A DNA stretch of 64,000 nt, taken from an uncultured Chloroflexia bacterium (GTDB lineage Bacteria; Chloroflexota; Dehalococcoidia; GIF9; UBA5629). The notes under the pieces are model-generated. The model did no database searches. It was not told the origin of the DNA and worked only from the letters and a program-made list of their open reading frames with translations. The translations under genes and the position numbers were made by a program. Location: positions 26 to 64,025 of the forward strand of contig CAWHDI010000023.1 in NCBI GenBank assembly GCA_963827985.1, given 5' to 3'. Below are positions 10,900 through 21,030 of the stretch, piece by piece (positions within the stretch are counted from its first letter, which is position 1; the number at the start of each line of letters is the position of its first letter).

Positions 10900-11586
10900 A
10901 TGGATGTCAGTTTGATCGGGCAGAGCACTTTGCTGATAAATACGTCGGGGGTCCTGATGATGACCGACCCATGGTGGGGGCAGTGGGAGAATATCCGCGC
11001 TGTTCCCCTGGCGATGGACCCTGATAAGCTGGAAAAATTGGATTTAATGCTGGTATCGCATAATCACATAGACCATTGGTCGGACCCTGCCATCAGGCTT
11101 GCCGGCAAGTTGGGTTGCCACGTAGTGGGTTCAAAGAAAGCCATAGAACGCGGGAGAAAGAAAGGACTTACAAAGCTGACAGAGCTTGCTCCCGGTGACA
11201 AATTTACTTTCGGGGATATCACAATATTGGCGGTCCCGGCGGTACACCCGTTTGCTCCGGATGCCATAGGGTTTGTTGTTTCGGGCGAGAAGACCTTCTA
11301 TTTCTCCGGTGATTCGCGCTACAAGCCGCCTGTCAGGCATAGTCTCGAAGGGATTTCACTGGATGTCGCATTCTTGCAGGTGGCCGCTTCCACTTATCCC
11401 TTTGTGGGAAGGGACGGTATGGATCTGGCAGAGGCTGCCTCGTTTGTACAGGAAATAAAGCCAGTGATAGTTGTACCCATGCATTACCAGGTAAAGGGCA
11501 AAGTGCTTGAACCGGCTGCCCTCCGGAAATGGCAAATACCTGCTAAACTGGTGGTGCTGGAACCGGGTACAACCAGCGTTATATAG
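10900..11586 (+). CDS. MBL-fold metallohydrolase (UlaG/lactonase-like)
   Basis: TDPW, SHNHIDH, AVPAVH, YFSGDS, VPMHY. Confidence 0.85.
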   Translation: MDVSLIGQSTLLINTSGVLMMTDPWWGQWENIRAVPLAMDPDKLEKLDLMLVSHNHIDHWSDPAIRLAGKLGCHVVGSKKAIERGRKKGLTKLTELAPGDKFTFGDITILAVPAVHPFAPDAIGFVVSGEKTFYFSGDSRYKPPVRHSLEGISLDVAFLQVAASTYPFVGRDGMDLAEAASFVQEIKPVIVVPMHYQVKGKVLEPAALRKWQIPAKLVVLEPGTTSVI

Positions 11587-11594
11587 AGATTTAT

Positions 11595-12923
11595 ATGGAT
11601 CTGCAAAATTCGCTAACGCAAAAGATACCATGGGGCAACTCGGAGAGTCTGGATTTTGAGTTGCCTGCTGGCTGGAACCTGATGGGAACATTCAAGCCGT
11701 CAGAGTTCACACCCCTGGCCGATGTAAATGCAGCATTGGAGACTATTCTGTCCAAACCCGAAGGGTGCGCTCCATTAAAAGAGCTTGCGCAGGGGAAAAA
11801 GAAAATCGCGATAGTTGTGGACGACATCTCAAGGCCCACTCCGGCGTATTTACTGCTAGGCAAGATCCTCGATCACCTGGTACAGGGCGGCGTGGACCTG
11901 AAATCGGTTACCATCGTGACTGCGCCGGGGCTTCACAGGGAAATGTCGCTTGAAGACATGGAACGGAAAGTAGGCAAAGGCGTGCTGGAGAAGATCTGCT
12001 GGGAGAACAGCGATTGCCGCAATAAAGACAAGCTCACCTTCCTGGGCAAGACGGACAGGGGCACGCCCGTGTACATCAACCAAACAGTGGCAGAGGCGGA
12101 TTTGCGCGTTCTGGTAGGCACAATTGAACCACATCCGCATGCCGGCTTCGGCGGCGGGTTTAAGAATATTCTTCCCGGTGTTGCCGGTGTCGAGACCATA
12201 GCGGCCAACCATGCTATCTGTGCAAGTCCCAGGTATTTCTTTATGCTCGGGTCCGATCCCGCCAATAATCCCATGCGTCTTGACATGGAGCAAGCGGGAT
12301 CGATGTTGAAGGGCAACACTTTCATCGTCAATACCGTTTTGAACGCACAGATGAAGATTATCGGACTGGTAGCAGGGGACCCGGTAAAGGCCCATCGACT
12401 GGGGGTAAAGCTGGCAGCCAGGGTGTTTGGCGTGAAGATTCCTGCCCAGGCGCACGTGGTAATCACGGACTCGTTTCCGATGGATATAGACCTCAGACAG
12501 GGCGTGAAGGCCATCGCCAATGTGCTTTACGCCGCCAGGCCGGGTGGGGTCATACTTGCCGCCCTCAAATGTGAAGAGGGAATGGGCAACATGCGCGTGC
12601 CGCAACTCAAGCTTTCGGGGTTGCCTGCCTTTATCTGGAGGCCGATTATCTGGCTTCTGGGTATCCTGATAACGAAGGTTTCGCCGCCGGGGACCTCTCC
12701 CGAGGAGCGTTTCTCCACTTATTTCATGCTGAAAGCTCTTCTGCGCAATAAAATATTGATTTATGCCCCATCTGTTGTCAGCCAGGCGAAAGGGCTATTG
12801 CCCGGAATAGAAATATTCGGGAGTTTCCCGGAAGCGCTGAAAGCTGCCGCGAAAGTTTTCCCGCAGGGCGATATTGTGATATTCCCGCACGGCGGAGCTA
12901 TTTATCCTGAAATAGGGAAGTAG
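11595..12923 (+). CDS. larA: LarA-family nickel-pincer racemase/epimerase
   Basis: VVDDISRPTP, GLHR, IEPHPHAGFGGGFKNILPGVAG motifs; substrate not determinable from sequence alone. Confidence 0.85.
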   Translation: MDLQNSLTQKIPWGNSESLDFELPAGWNLMGTFKPSEFTPLADVNAALETILSKPEGCAPLKELAQGKKKIAIVVDDISRPTPAYLLLGKILDHLVQGGVDLKSVTIVTAPGLHREMSLEDMERKVGKGVLEKICWENSDCRNKDKLTFLGKTDRGTPVYINQTVAEADLRVLVGTIEPHPHAGFGGGFKNILPGVAGVETIAANHAICASPRYFFMLGSDPANNPMRLDMEQAGSMLKGNTFIVNTVLNAQMKIIGLVAGDPVKAHRLGVKLAARVFGVKIPAQAHVVITDSFPMDIDLRQGVKAIANVLYAARPGGVILAALKCEEGMGNMRVPQLKLSGLPAFIWRPIIWLLGILITKVSPPGTSPEERFSTYFMLKALLRNKILIYAPSVVSQAKGLLPGIEIFGSFPEALKAAAKVFPQGDIVIFPHGGAIYPEIGK

Positions 12924-12968
12924 CTGCGTAACAACGGTCGCGGGAACTTGTAGTTACACGTGAAATGG

Positions 12969-13619
12969 TTACGCCGTCCTGGCGTTTTTTACAGCTTCCA
13001 GGAATTTGCGTGAATTTTCGGTTATTACATCGAATTTGCCGAGCGAAACGGCCTTTTTGTCGATGATATTGCCTCCCACGGCAACCGCGACCGCTCCTGC
13101 CTTAATAAACTGACCAACGTTATCAAGTGTCACGCCGCCTGTGGGCAGGAATTTTATTTGAGGAAAAGGTCCTCGCAGGTCCTTTATAAGCTCGGGCCCC
13201 CCCATAGAAGCGGGAAAGATCTTCACGATGTCAGCACCGCCTTTCCAAGCCGCCACGATTTCCGTTGGTGTGAAAGCCCCGGGTATGGCGATTTTGCCAT
13301 TTTTCCTGCACAAGCGGACCATGTCCGGGTTTAGCATAGGGCTCACCAGGAACTCGGCACCCGCCCGGATGGCCCGTCGGGCGCCTTCAGCATCAAGCAC
13401 TGTCCCTGCTCCGAGCAACATGCGTTGCCCAAGACTCCTGCGCACTTCCTCCATTACCGTGAATGCGTCCGGAACTGTCAGAGTGATTTCAATCAGCGCT
13501 ATTCCGCCATCGAAGACAGCTCGTGCTATCTTCACAGCTTCCTCTGCTTTTTGTGCCCGAATTACGGCAATGATGCCCGAATCCTCGATGATTTTTAGCC
13601 TATCTTCCTTTTCGCCCAT
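12969..13619 (-). CDS. eda: KDPG/KHG aldolase
   Basis: IIAVIR, IEITLT, GAGTVL, FLVSP, PGAFTPTE, VKIFPA, PTGGV. Confidence 0.9.
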   Translation of the reverse strand: MGEKEDRLKIIEDSGIIAVIRAQKAEEAVKIARAVFDGGIALIEITLTVPDAFTVMEEVRRSLGQRMLLGAGTVLDAEGARRAIRAGAEFLVSPMLNPDMVRLCRKNGKIAIPGAFTPTEIVAAWKGGADIVKIFPASMGGPELIKDLRGPFPQIKFLPTGGVTLDNVGQFIKAGAVAVAVGGNIIDKKAVSLGKFDVITENSRKFLEAVKNARTA

Positions 13620-13644
13620 TTACATTCTCGATTTATGCTATTTG

Positions 13645-14641
13645 TTACCGTACGATACGCAGGGTGCCTCCCTTGATAAGCGCTTCCACCTCTTTAAGGT
13701 CGCTCCAGCAGAAGTCTCCGGGTATCGAATGTTTAATAGCGGCCAGGGCGTTGCCGTACTGCAACCCCATGTCCACACCGCCGGATAGATAACCGTATAT
13801 GAACCCGGCCGAGAACGAATCACCCGCTCCCACCCTGTCTATGATCTCCACCTCGTACATTTTATCCCTGTGTATCTTGCCCGCGGAAAAAGCAATTGCG
13901 GTCCAGGTATTCTTAAGCACTGATAGATCGCCTCTTAATGTAATGGCGACTGCTTTGAAACCGAATTTTTGGGCCAGTTTCCGAGCAGTCTCCTCGTAGT
14001 TTTTCCCTTTCAGGCCAAATACTTTGTTGGTATCTTCTTCGGTGGTTATCAATATATCCACATAGTCCATTAACGGTGTCTGGCATTTGCTGGCCTCCTG
14101 CGTGGTCCACAACTTGGCACGATAGTTCAGATCGTAGCTGACGAGACACCTGTTTTTCTTCGCCGATTTTAGGGCGGACAGTGTGGTTTCAGCAGCGGTT
14201 TTACTTAGGGCCGGGGTAATGCCGCTCACGTGAAATGCTTTGGATTGGCTGAAGATTTTATCCCACTCTATGTCAGGTGGGCTCAATGAGGCTAACTGAC
14301 GAGTTTTGGCGGTCGTAAAGGACCTGGCTTGCCCGGGGGGACGCACCGAACTCCACGAAATAGAGGCCCTGGCGGCCCCTTGGGCTCAGGATTACGTTTG
14401 ATGTGTCAACTCCCTGCTCGCGCACTTTATTGCGTACCATTTTTCCCAGTTGGTTATCGGGTACTGCTGAAATCCATGCGCATTTGAGTCCCAGCCTGGC
14501 CGAAGCGACGGCTACGTTGAGTTCTCCTCCGCCCACCTTAACGTCGAACAGGTCAGTCTGCTCCAGTCTGTGAGAGCACGGAGGTGACAGGCGCACCATT
14601 GCTTCTCCAAATGTGACCAGGTCGAATTTTTTCTGCCTCAT
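13645..14641 (-). CDS. kdgK: 2-keto-3-deoxygluconate kinase (PfkB family), one frameshift near 14280
   Basis: TFGEAMVRLSPP, GGGELNVA, FHVSGITPALS, YDLNYRAKLW, DRVGAGDSF; two overlapping ORFs. Confidence 0.85.
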
Positions 14642-14671
14642 AGCGGCTACTCCGTCAATTAGCTGTCCGGA

Positions 14672-15457
14672 TTATTTTTTGCCTTCCTGGAGCTTCGTCA
14701 GATCGGGAAATTGTGTGGCATGCAGCGAGGTGGCCGTCTCAAACTGCAAAGCGGCATCCAGTGGCGAGGACAGGCTGTAGTTAATTACCATTTTGGCGCC
14801 ATGTACCACTGAAGGATGAGCGGCAGCGATCTCTTCCGCCATCTTCCACGCCTGAGTCATCAGGTCCTCCTTTGCATAGACATGCTCGACCAGGCCGATG
14901 CGCAGCGCTTCCTTCGCATCTATCCTGCGGCCCGTGTAAATCATCTCTTTGGCCATCCCCGCACCGATAATACGAGGCAGCCGTGAGCTGCCGCCCATGT
15001 CAGGCACAATCTTTAGCCCGACCTCCGGCATGGCGAATATGGCATTTTCTGCCGCCAACCGTATATCGCAGCACAGGACTATCTCGATGCCTCCGCCCAG
15101 ACAATACCCGTGGATCGCCGCGATGACAGGGACGGGCAACTTCTCGTACATAGTGAACGTGTCTCTGCATTTCACAATGGCGTCATGCATCGTGCGCGTG
15201 TTCCAGCCATCCAGGATGCTCTCACCCGGGATGGCCATCATTTTGAGGTCCAACCCCGCGCAGAAGGCGCGGTCGCCCGAGCCGGTGAGTATCACAGCCC
15301 GTATATCGGGTGTCGTGCCGATATGTTCCGCGGCCTCCTTCAGGCCAACGATAAGCCCCCGGCTGATCGCATTGAGGGACTTCGGCCTATTCAGCGTGAG
15401 CAGAGCTACATGGTCTTTAGTTTCCAGCGTGACATCTTTAAATACGGGCATTGTCAA
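14672..15457 (-). CDS. Enoyl-CoA hydratase/isomerase family protein
   Basis: [42 protein letters not shown]. Confidence 0.9.
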   Translation of the reverse strand: MTMPVFKDVTLETKDHVALLTLNRPKSLNAISRGLIVGLKEAAEHIGTTPDIRAVILTGSGDRAFCAGLDLKMMAIPGESILDGWNTRTMHDAIVKCRDTFTMYEKLPVPVIAAIHGYCLGGGIEIVLCCDIRLAAENAIFAMPEVGLKIVPDMGGSSRLPRIIGAGMAKEMIYTGRRIDAKEALRIGLVEHVYAKEDLMTQAWKMAEEIAAAHPSVVHGAKMVINYSLSSPLDAALQFETATSLHATQFPDLTKLQEGKK

Positions 15458-15597
15458 TTACTCCTTTTTTCAAGGCTATTTTTATTTTACGGCATTATAC
15501 CATTACTTGCGCTCAAGGTCAGATGTGATAATTGCCTGGAAGATTTCAACTTGGCGAAAAGTATGTCAATGCAATACCGGGGAGCGGCATCCATTCT

Positions 15598-16389
15598 TCA
15601 CTCTTCTGCACTGACTTCCATCGGCCTCCCATGGTTCTTCCGCCTGAGAAAGTATAGCGGGATGGCTGTAGCCAGCATGACAATGCTGAATAGCTGGGCC
15701 TGCTGGAGACCCAGGAAGAACTCGTTGTCATCCCTGAATATGCGTGTAACGAAGTCTCCGAAAGCGTGCATGATTATAAAGAGCAGCAGGAGTGAACCCT
15801 GTGGCTTGAGATTTTTACGCATCAGCCAGAGCAAGATAAAGGTGAGTGAATACCATATTACCTGGTAAAGCTGGACGGGATGAAGTGGCGTATCAAGGGG
15901 GGCTCGTGAGTGCTCGCTGGTATAGATAACTGCCCACGGCAGGTCACAGGCTAGACCATAACAGCAGCCATTAAAGAAACATGCCCATCTGCCCAGCGCC
16001 ATGACGATAGCCATGTCCATGGTTACTGCGTCGCCCAGATACCAGAATGAGTACTTCGAAAGACGAGCGTAAATAAGCAGCAGGACGATGAATCCTATGA
16101 CCGCACCGTCCAACCTTGCGCCCGAGAGGCTGAGCATCCTGGCTGGTACTGCTGAGTAATAGTCCCATTGATCCCAGATGATAAAAAGCCTGCCGAAAAA
16201 GGCGGCAAAGAGCAGTGCCCACAGGTAGATGCGTACCGCATGCGTGCGGGGAAGTGCAAGCCGCCTGGCTTCCAGCAATATGACGACGAGTCCCATAGCA
16301 AGAGAGATTGCCAGGATGAGGTTATACCAGCGGAACGCAAATGACCCGATATAGAAAAGTATTGGATCGAGCGAGACCTGCATGGCCAA
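15598..16389 (-). CDS. lgt: Prolipoprotein diacylglyceryl transferase family protein (divergent)
   Basis: RWY, GRLF, LGRWACFFNGCCYG, LPWAVIY, LHPVQLY motifs. Confidence 0.8.
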   Translation of the reverse strand: MAMQVSLDPILFYIGSFAFRWYNLILAISLAMGLVVILLEARRLALPRTHAVRIYLWALLFAAFFGRLFIIWDQWDYYSAVPARMLSLSGARLDGAVIGFIVLLLIYARLSKYSFWYLGDAVTMDMAIVMALGRWACFFNGCCYGLACDLPWAVIYTSEHSRAPLDTPLHPVQLYQVIWYSLTFILLWLMRKNLKPQGSLLLLFIIMHAFGDFVTRIFRDDNEFFLGLQQAQLFSIVMLATAIPLYFLRRKNHGRPMEVSAEE

Positions 16390-16447
16390 TTATAATACGT
16401 GAGGCTTATGCTTGTATTATCGAGCTTGCCGTGGCATCGATGTTTTA

Positions 16448-17725
16448 TTAATTGGCGCCGTTGGTGCTCTGCTCAAACTCGGCGAAAGGTATGTCCACGT
16501 TCGTCAACGGGTACTCCCCCAGGTAAAAATTTTCTTTTCCCTTAGATATGCCCATGGCGCAGGGATGTCCGAAAACTACGTCTGATCCATAAAATCTCTT
16601 GCCTGTCAGTTTATATCTACCGAGGAATGAATCGAACGTTCCGCCCCGCAATGTTTTCATGACCACGTCGGGGTCTGTGGTGCCCGCCTGCTCCAGGGCC
16701 TCAAAATATTGTCCCTGTGCTGTGATCGCAGAACCGCCATACGCTCCGGTGAACATGTCCTTTTCGTACAATTCTCTATATCTTGCCCATATTCTTTTTG
16801 CCATATCAATATATTTTGGAGCGACTACTACTTTCTTAAGCTCCCATGGTACCGGATAGTCGCTGACTATGTTCTGTATGGCTTCTTCACTGCCGCCTAT
16901 GCCTTTCATAATATCGGAGTCCAGCGCTGCTGCAATCTGGCATATTGGCCATTTATAGCCCATTTGCCACCTCTGCTTGGCCATCAGGCCGACCTCCAGT
17001 GGGGAACCCACACAGTAAATTACCTCCGTTCCCTGTTCGGCCATTTTTGTGAGGTATGGCGTGAAGTTCAAAGTTCCTTCCGGGTAATACGCCCTTACGC
17101 TCTTGATCCCGAACTCTTTCAGTAGTTTGGCGTCTGTTGTAGCAAAGGTCGCATCGATGTTGTGTTCACCGGAACTGGGCCCGGTCCACGCCAGTGTGTG
17201 GTATTGAGGAAAAGCCTGCATGGCTGCAATCGCCTGGTATATGGTGATCTCCATAGAGGGGAACCCGTACATTACGTAAGATTTCTCCGGCGGTGAGGGG
17301 TCAAGTCCTCCAATAGTGCCAATATTCAGGATCACCTTTTCTGGATTCGTGACCTGGGTCATAGCCGCTATGCCCAGGCCAAAATAGCCTACGATAGCTT
17401 TGACCCCGCTATCATATACGAGATTCCTGGTCGCCGTTGCAGCCGGGCCCGGAGCAAATCCGTCTTTGAAGATCATCTCTATTTTGTATTTATCGTTGCC
17501 TACCTTAAGTCCGCCATCCTCGTTGATCAGGTCCGCGTATATTTGCATGGCCGGCCTGATATTTTGGCCCCACAGGGCAGCCGGTCCGGTGAATGGCATT
17601 ATACAGCCGACTTTTAGAATTTTCTGAGTTTCAGGCGTTTGAGGGGCAGGGGCGCACGATAATATCAAAAGTGCGGCCAGAATGGTCGGCAGTACGTACG
17701 CCCATACCAGACGTTTTCGCATCAT
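16448..17725 (-). CDS. ABC branched-chain amino acid-type substrate-binding lipoprotein
   Basis: Lipobox LILSC; KVGCIMPFTGPAALWG; paralog of 2343-3609. Confidence 0.85.
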   Translation of the reverse strand: MMRKRLVWAYVLPTILAALLILSCAPAPQTPETQKILKVGCIMPFTGPAALWGQNIRPAMQIYADLINEDGGLKVGNDKYKIEMIFKDGFAPGPAATATRNLVYDSGVKAIVGYFGLGIAAMTQVTNPEKVILNIGTIGGLDPSPPEKSYVMYGFPSMEITIYQAIAAMQAFPQYHTLAWTGPSSGEHNIDATFATTDAKLLKEFGIKSVRAYYPEGTLNFTPYLTKMAEQGTEVIYCVGSPLEVGLMAKQRWQMGYKWPICQIAAALDSDIMKGIGGSEEAIQNIVSDYPVPWELKKVVVAPKYIDMAKRIWARYRELYEKDMFTGAYGGSAITAQGQYFEALEQAGTTDPDVVMKTLRGGTFDSFLGRYKLTGKRFYGSDVVFGHPCAMGISKGKENFYLGEYPLTNVDIPFAEFEQSTNGAN

Positions 17726-17755
17726 TTTAGACCAGCCTCCCCCTATTTATATTGC

Positions 17756-19163
17756 TCAGGGCAGCGATTCGAAATCAACCGCTATAACGGTTGCATACGG
17801 TTCAATTACAGACTCGGGCACGGTAATTACGATGTCGCCTACGGGGTCGTTGAAGTTCGCCAATTCCTTGCGAATCTGATCGAATAAGGTAATCCTTTTA
17901 ACAAATTGCAACTCCTTACCCGAGCTCAAAATATGTACTGATTTAATCTTGTTGACATGAACCGAGCGCATCGTGACCGTTTCGTAGGGTTTGGCCAGCA
18001 GGTGCAGGTAAACGGTATTTCCCTTCTGCGTGGAAGGGCCATAAAACTGCCACGGCTCAAGACCGGGTTTAGTTCCGGTAATGCTCTCGTGGTTTTTCGA
18101 CATCCAATCTGCGATGGCATTAAGGCGGTCGATTTGTTCGGGCGGCAGTTGGCCGTCGCCCATAGGGCTTACATTAAGAAGCAGATGCCCGCCCTTGCCT
18201 GCGACCTCGCACAGGGTCTGGATGAGCTCGGTAGCTGACTTGTAAGACGGGTCGTCCTTGTTATAGCCCCAGCTATCATTCATTGTCATGCAGATTTCGA
18301 AGGGACGGGAAGGTGGTTGGGCCGGGATAAATTTTTCAGGCGTATCAAAATCTCCCTGCCCGTATAGCCGGTCATTGATTTTTATGCCGGGCTGAAGCTG
18401 CCTGTACCATTGCTCCCATGTCCTGGACTTTCCAGTCAGCAGGCTTATGTTCAAACTGGCCATCGAACCAGATTTCATCGATCTTGCCGTAGTTGGTAAG
18501 TATCTCCCGTACCTGGCCGAACATGAAATCCAGGTATCTTTGCCATTGTTCAGGCGGAGGTAGGGGTGCGCCCAGGTAGTAATGATACGGTTTATCAGCT
18601 TCGGTAAAAGCGGGATAGTCCGGATGGTGCCAGTCTTTCATATTGAAATAAAGTCCCACGCCCATGCCTTCGGCCCGCACCGCATCGACATAGTCACGTA
18701 TCAGGTCTCTGCCCACCGGCGAATGCATGACTCCAAAATCGGAAAGCTTGGTGTCGAACATGGCGTATCCGTCACCGTGCTTGGCGGTCATCACAGCGTA
18801 TTGTGCCCCCGCCTTTTTGAAGAGCTTGGCCAGGGCAACCGGGTCCCATTTCTTCGGATTAAATGTTGCGGCACTGCTCTGATACTGTTCTACAGTCATG
18901 TTCTGGCAGTAGGGCATGGTGAAGGTCCCGCCTGCCAGCGGCCAGGATATTTCGACGCCCTGCTGCGAAGAATGCGACCAGTGTATGAATATGCCAAAGC
19001 GGGCATCTTCCCAGTTTGTAAAATTATCGCCGGCATATTTTCCGCTTGTCTGGACCTGACCAGGAGAAGTGCAGCCTGGCAGGATAAAGGACAGTGTCAG
19101 GATAATGGATACGAAGATGACTGTCGGTAAGCGGAACCAGTGTCCGTTGCTTCCAAGTTTCAT
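17756..19163 (-). CDS. GH29 alpha-L-fucosidase-like lipoprotein, one frameshift near 18420
   Basis: ARFGIFIHW, MTAKHGDGY, DWHHPDY, WFDG, INDRL, EICMTMNDSWGY, LLNVSP; lipobox ILPGC. Confidence 0.85.
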
Positions 19164-19371
19164 CCGCGTCCGCCAGGCTGTAAAGGGAAGAAAATTACGT
19201 TTGTACATCCTGCCTCCAATTTGATGGGGAAAATACTGCCAGTTAATCTGCACGTATAGTAAGGAGTGTGTATGGTTATGATAAGTGCAACCTCGGTCAC
19301 TGTCAAGCTGCGCAGGACAGTACCTGTATAAAAGAATCTGTCAGTTGTTTATTGGGGCAAAGATCTTTTTT

Positions 19372-20963
19372 TCAATTGACCGGTAGACCGGCTACTATGG
19401 TCCTTTCAACTTTAATGTCTTTGATCCGGTCCGCCTCCACTTTGAATGGGTCTTCGCTTAATATCACAAGGTCGGCGCGTTTGCCCGGCGTGATGCTGCC
19501 CTTGATGTTCTCTTCGAACTGGGCGAAGGCGGCGTCGATAGTATACATGCGCAGGGCTTCTTCCACAGTAATGCACTCGTGAGGTTCAAATCCTTCCCGC
19601 GGTAACGCAGCACTGGATAGCATGCATCACATCCTGTGATTCAACCGGGCCGTCCGAGGCCCCTGCCATCTTTATTCCAGCGTCCAGCAGGGACCGGAAG
19701 GGATAGACGATCTTACAGCGCTCGGCGACCTAACCTCTTTGCAAGCCAGCCCTTTTCTGAATGGATGAACAGGGGCTGCGTGGATACTACGATACCCAAA
19801 CGTGACAGCTCTTTGATTGTCCATTTGTCCATTATTGAAGCATGCTCCAGGCGGTGGCGACACCCCTTCCGCGGGAATTCTCTCATTAAGCGGCCGTACA
19901 AGCTCTGCGCATAACCTGTTGGCCGCGTCGCCTATGGCATGTATGCATACCTGCCATCCTGCATTATGAGCTTCCGCCATTCTCCTGATAAAGCACCTCG
20001 GCTGGATGCATTAGCTGTCCTTTTCGCCGGGTTTATCCGAAAACGGCTCAAGCATATAAGCCGTGGATGAACCGAACGTTCCATCTGCAAAGAGCTTGAC
20101 GCCCCCAAGCCTGTTGGGTGCCGTCAGCCAGGGACGTATTCTCGAGTGCGTCCAGGCTGGCAATATCGGCCGTTACCAGAAGGGAATAGAGACTCTAGTG
20201 GGCAGTGCTCGCTGAAAAGCTGCATGGCCATTGTGTCGAATGCGCCTATGGAACCGGCCGGGCCTTCTTCACCTGTCTGCAGCACCACGCCGAGGGACGT
20301 CAGTCCCAGCGAAGCAAGACGCTTGAAGGTGTTACGTGCGCCTTCTATCAGAGCCGGCATTTCTGGCATGGGCATGACTTTCATGATCAGTTGCCCGGCC
20401 GTCTCCCGGAAGGGTCCGGACGGGTAGCCGTCGGCCTCCCGCTCGATCGTGCCTGCCTCCGGGTTGGATGTTGAAGCTGTTATTCCCGCCGCCTCGATGG
20501 CCCGGGTGCTGGCGAAAACTGAATGCCCGTCGTGTTTGAGAATGATAATGGGACGGTCCCTGCTAATTTCGTCGAGGTCATGCCGGAGGGGCACCCTCTT
20601 TTCCACCAGGTTTTGCTCATCGAAATTCAAACCGATCAGCCAGGAGTCATCGTTTTTCCTGGATAGGGCACTGCGCAATTCCTGCTTCAATTCACCCATA
20701 GAGGCAGCGTTGCCCAGGTCGCAGTTAATGGAGAAATAGATGACCATCACCGGGTGCAGGTGGGTATCCATGAAACCTGGTACCATGGCTCCGCGCCGCA
20801 AATCTATTTGTTCATATCCTTTTCCCAGCGCTGTTGTGCAGGCGCTCTTTTGGCCGGCAGCGATGATCTTGCCGTCTTTGACAGCGACTGCTTCCGCTAC
20901 CGGGCAGGCCGAGTCCATTGTGTGAACGATGCCATTAAAATAGAGCTGTTCGTTGTCTGACAT
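19372..20963 (-). CDS. Amidohydrolase_3 (YtcJ-like) metallohydrolase, several frameshifts
   Basis: PGFMDTHLH, DGHS, KLFADG region, HAIGD, RLEHA, STQP, GSITPGKRADLVIL across ORF fragments. Confidence 0.85.
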
Positions 20964-21030
20964 AAGATACCTCCTTTATTTAACCGGGGTCGCCTGCGCC
21001 GCTTCAAAATAGGCTAAATATTCAGGGCGT

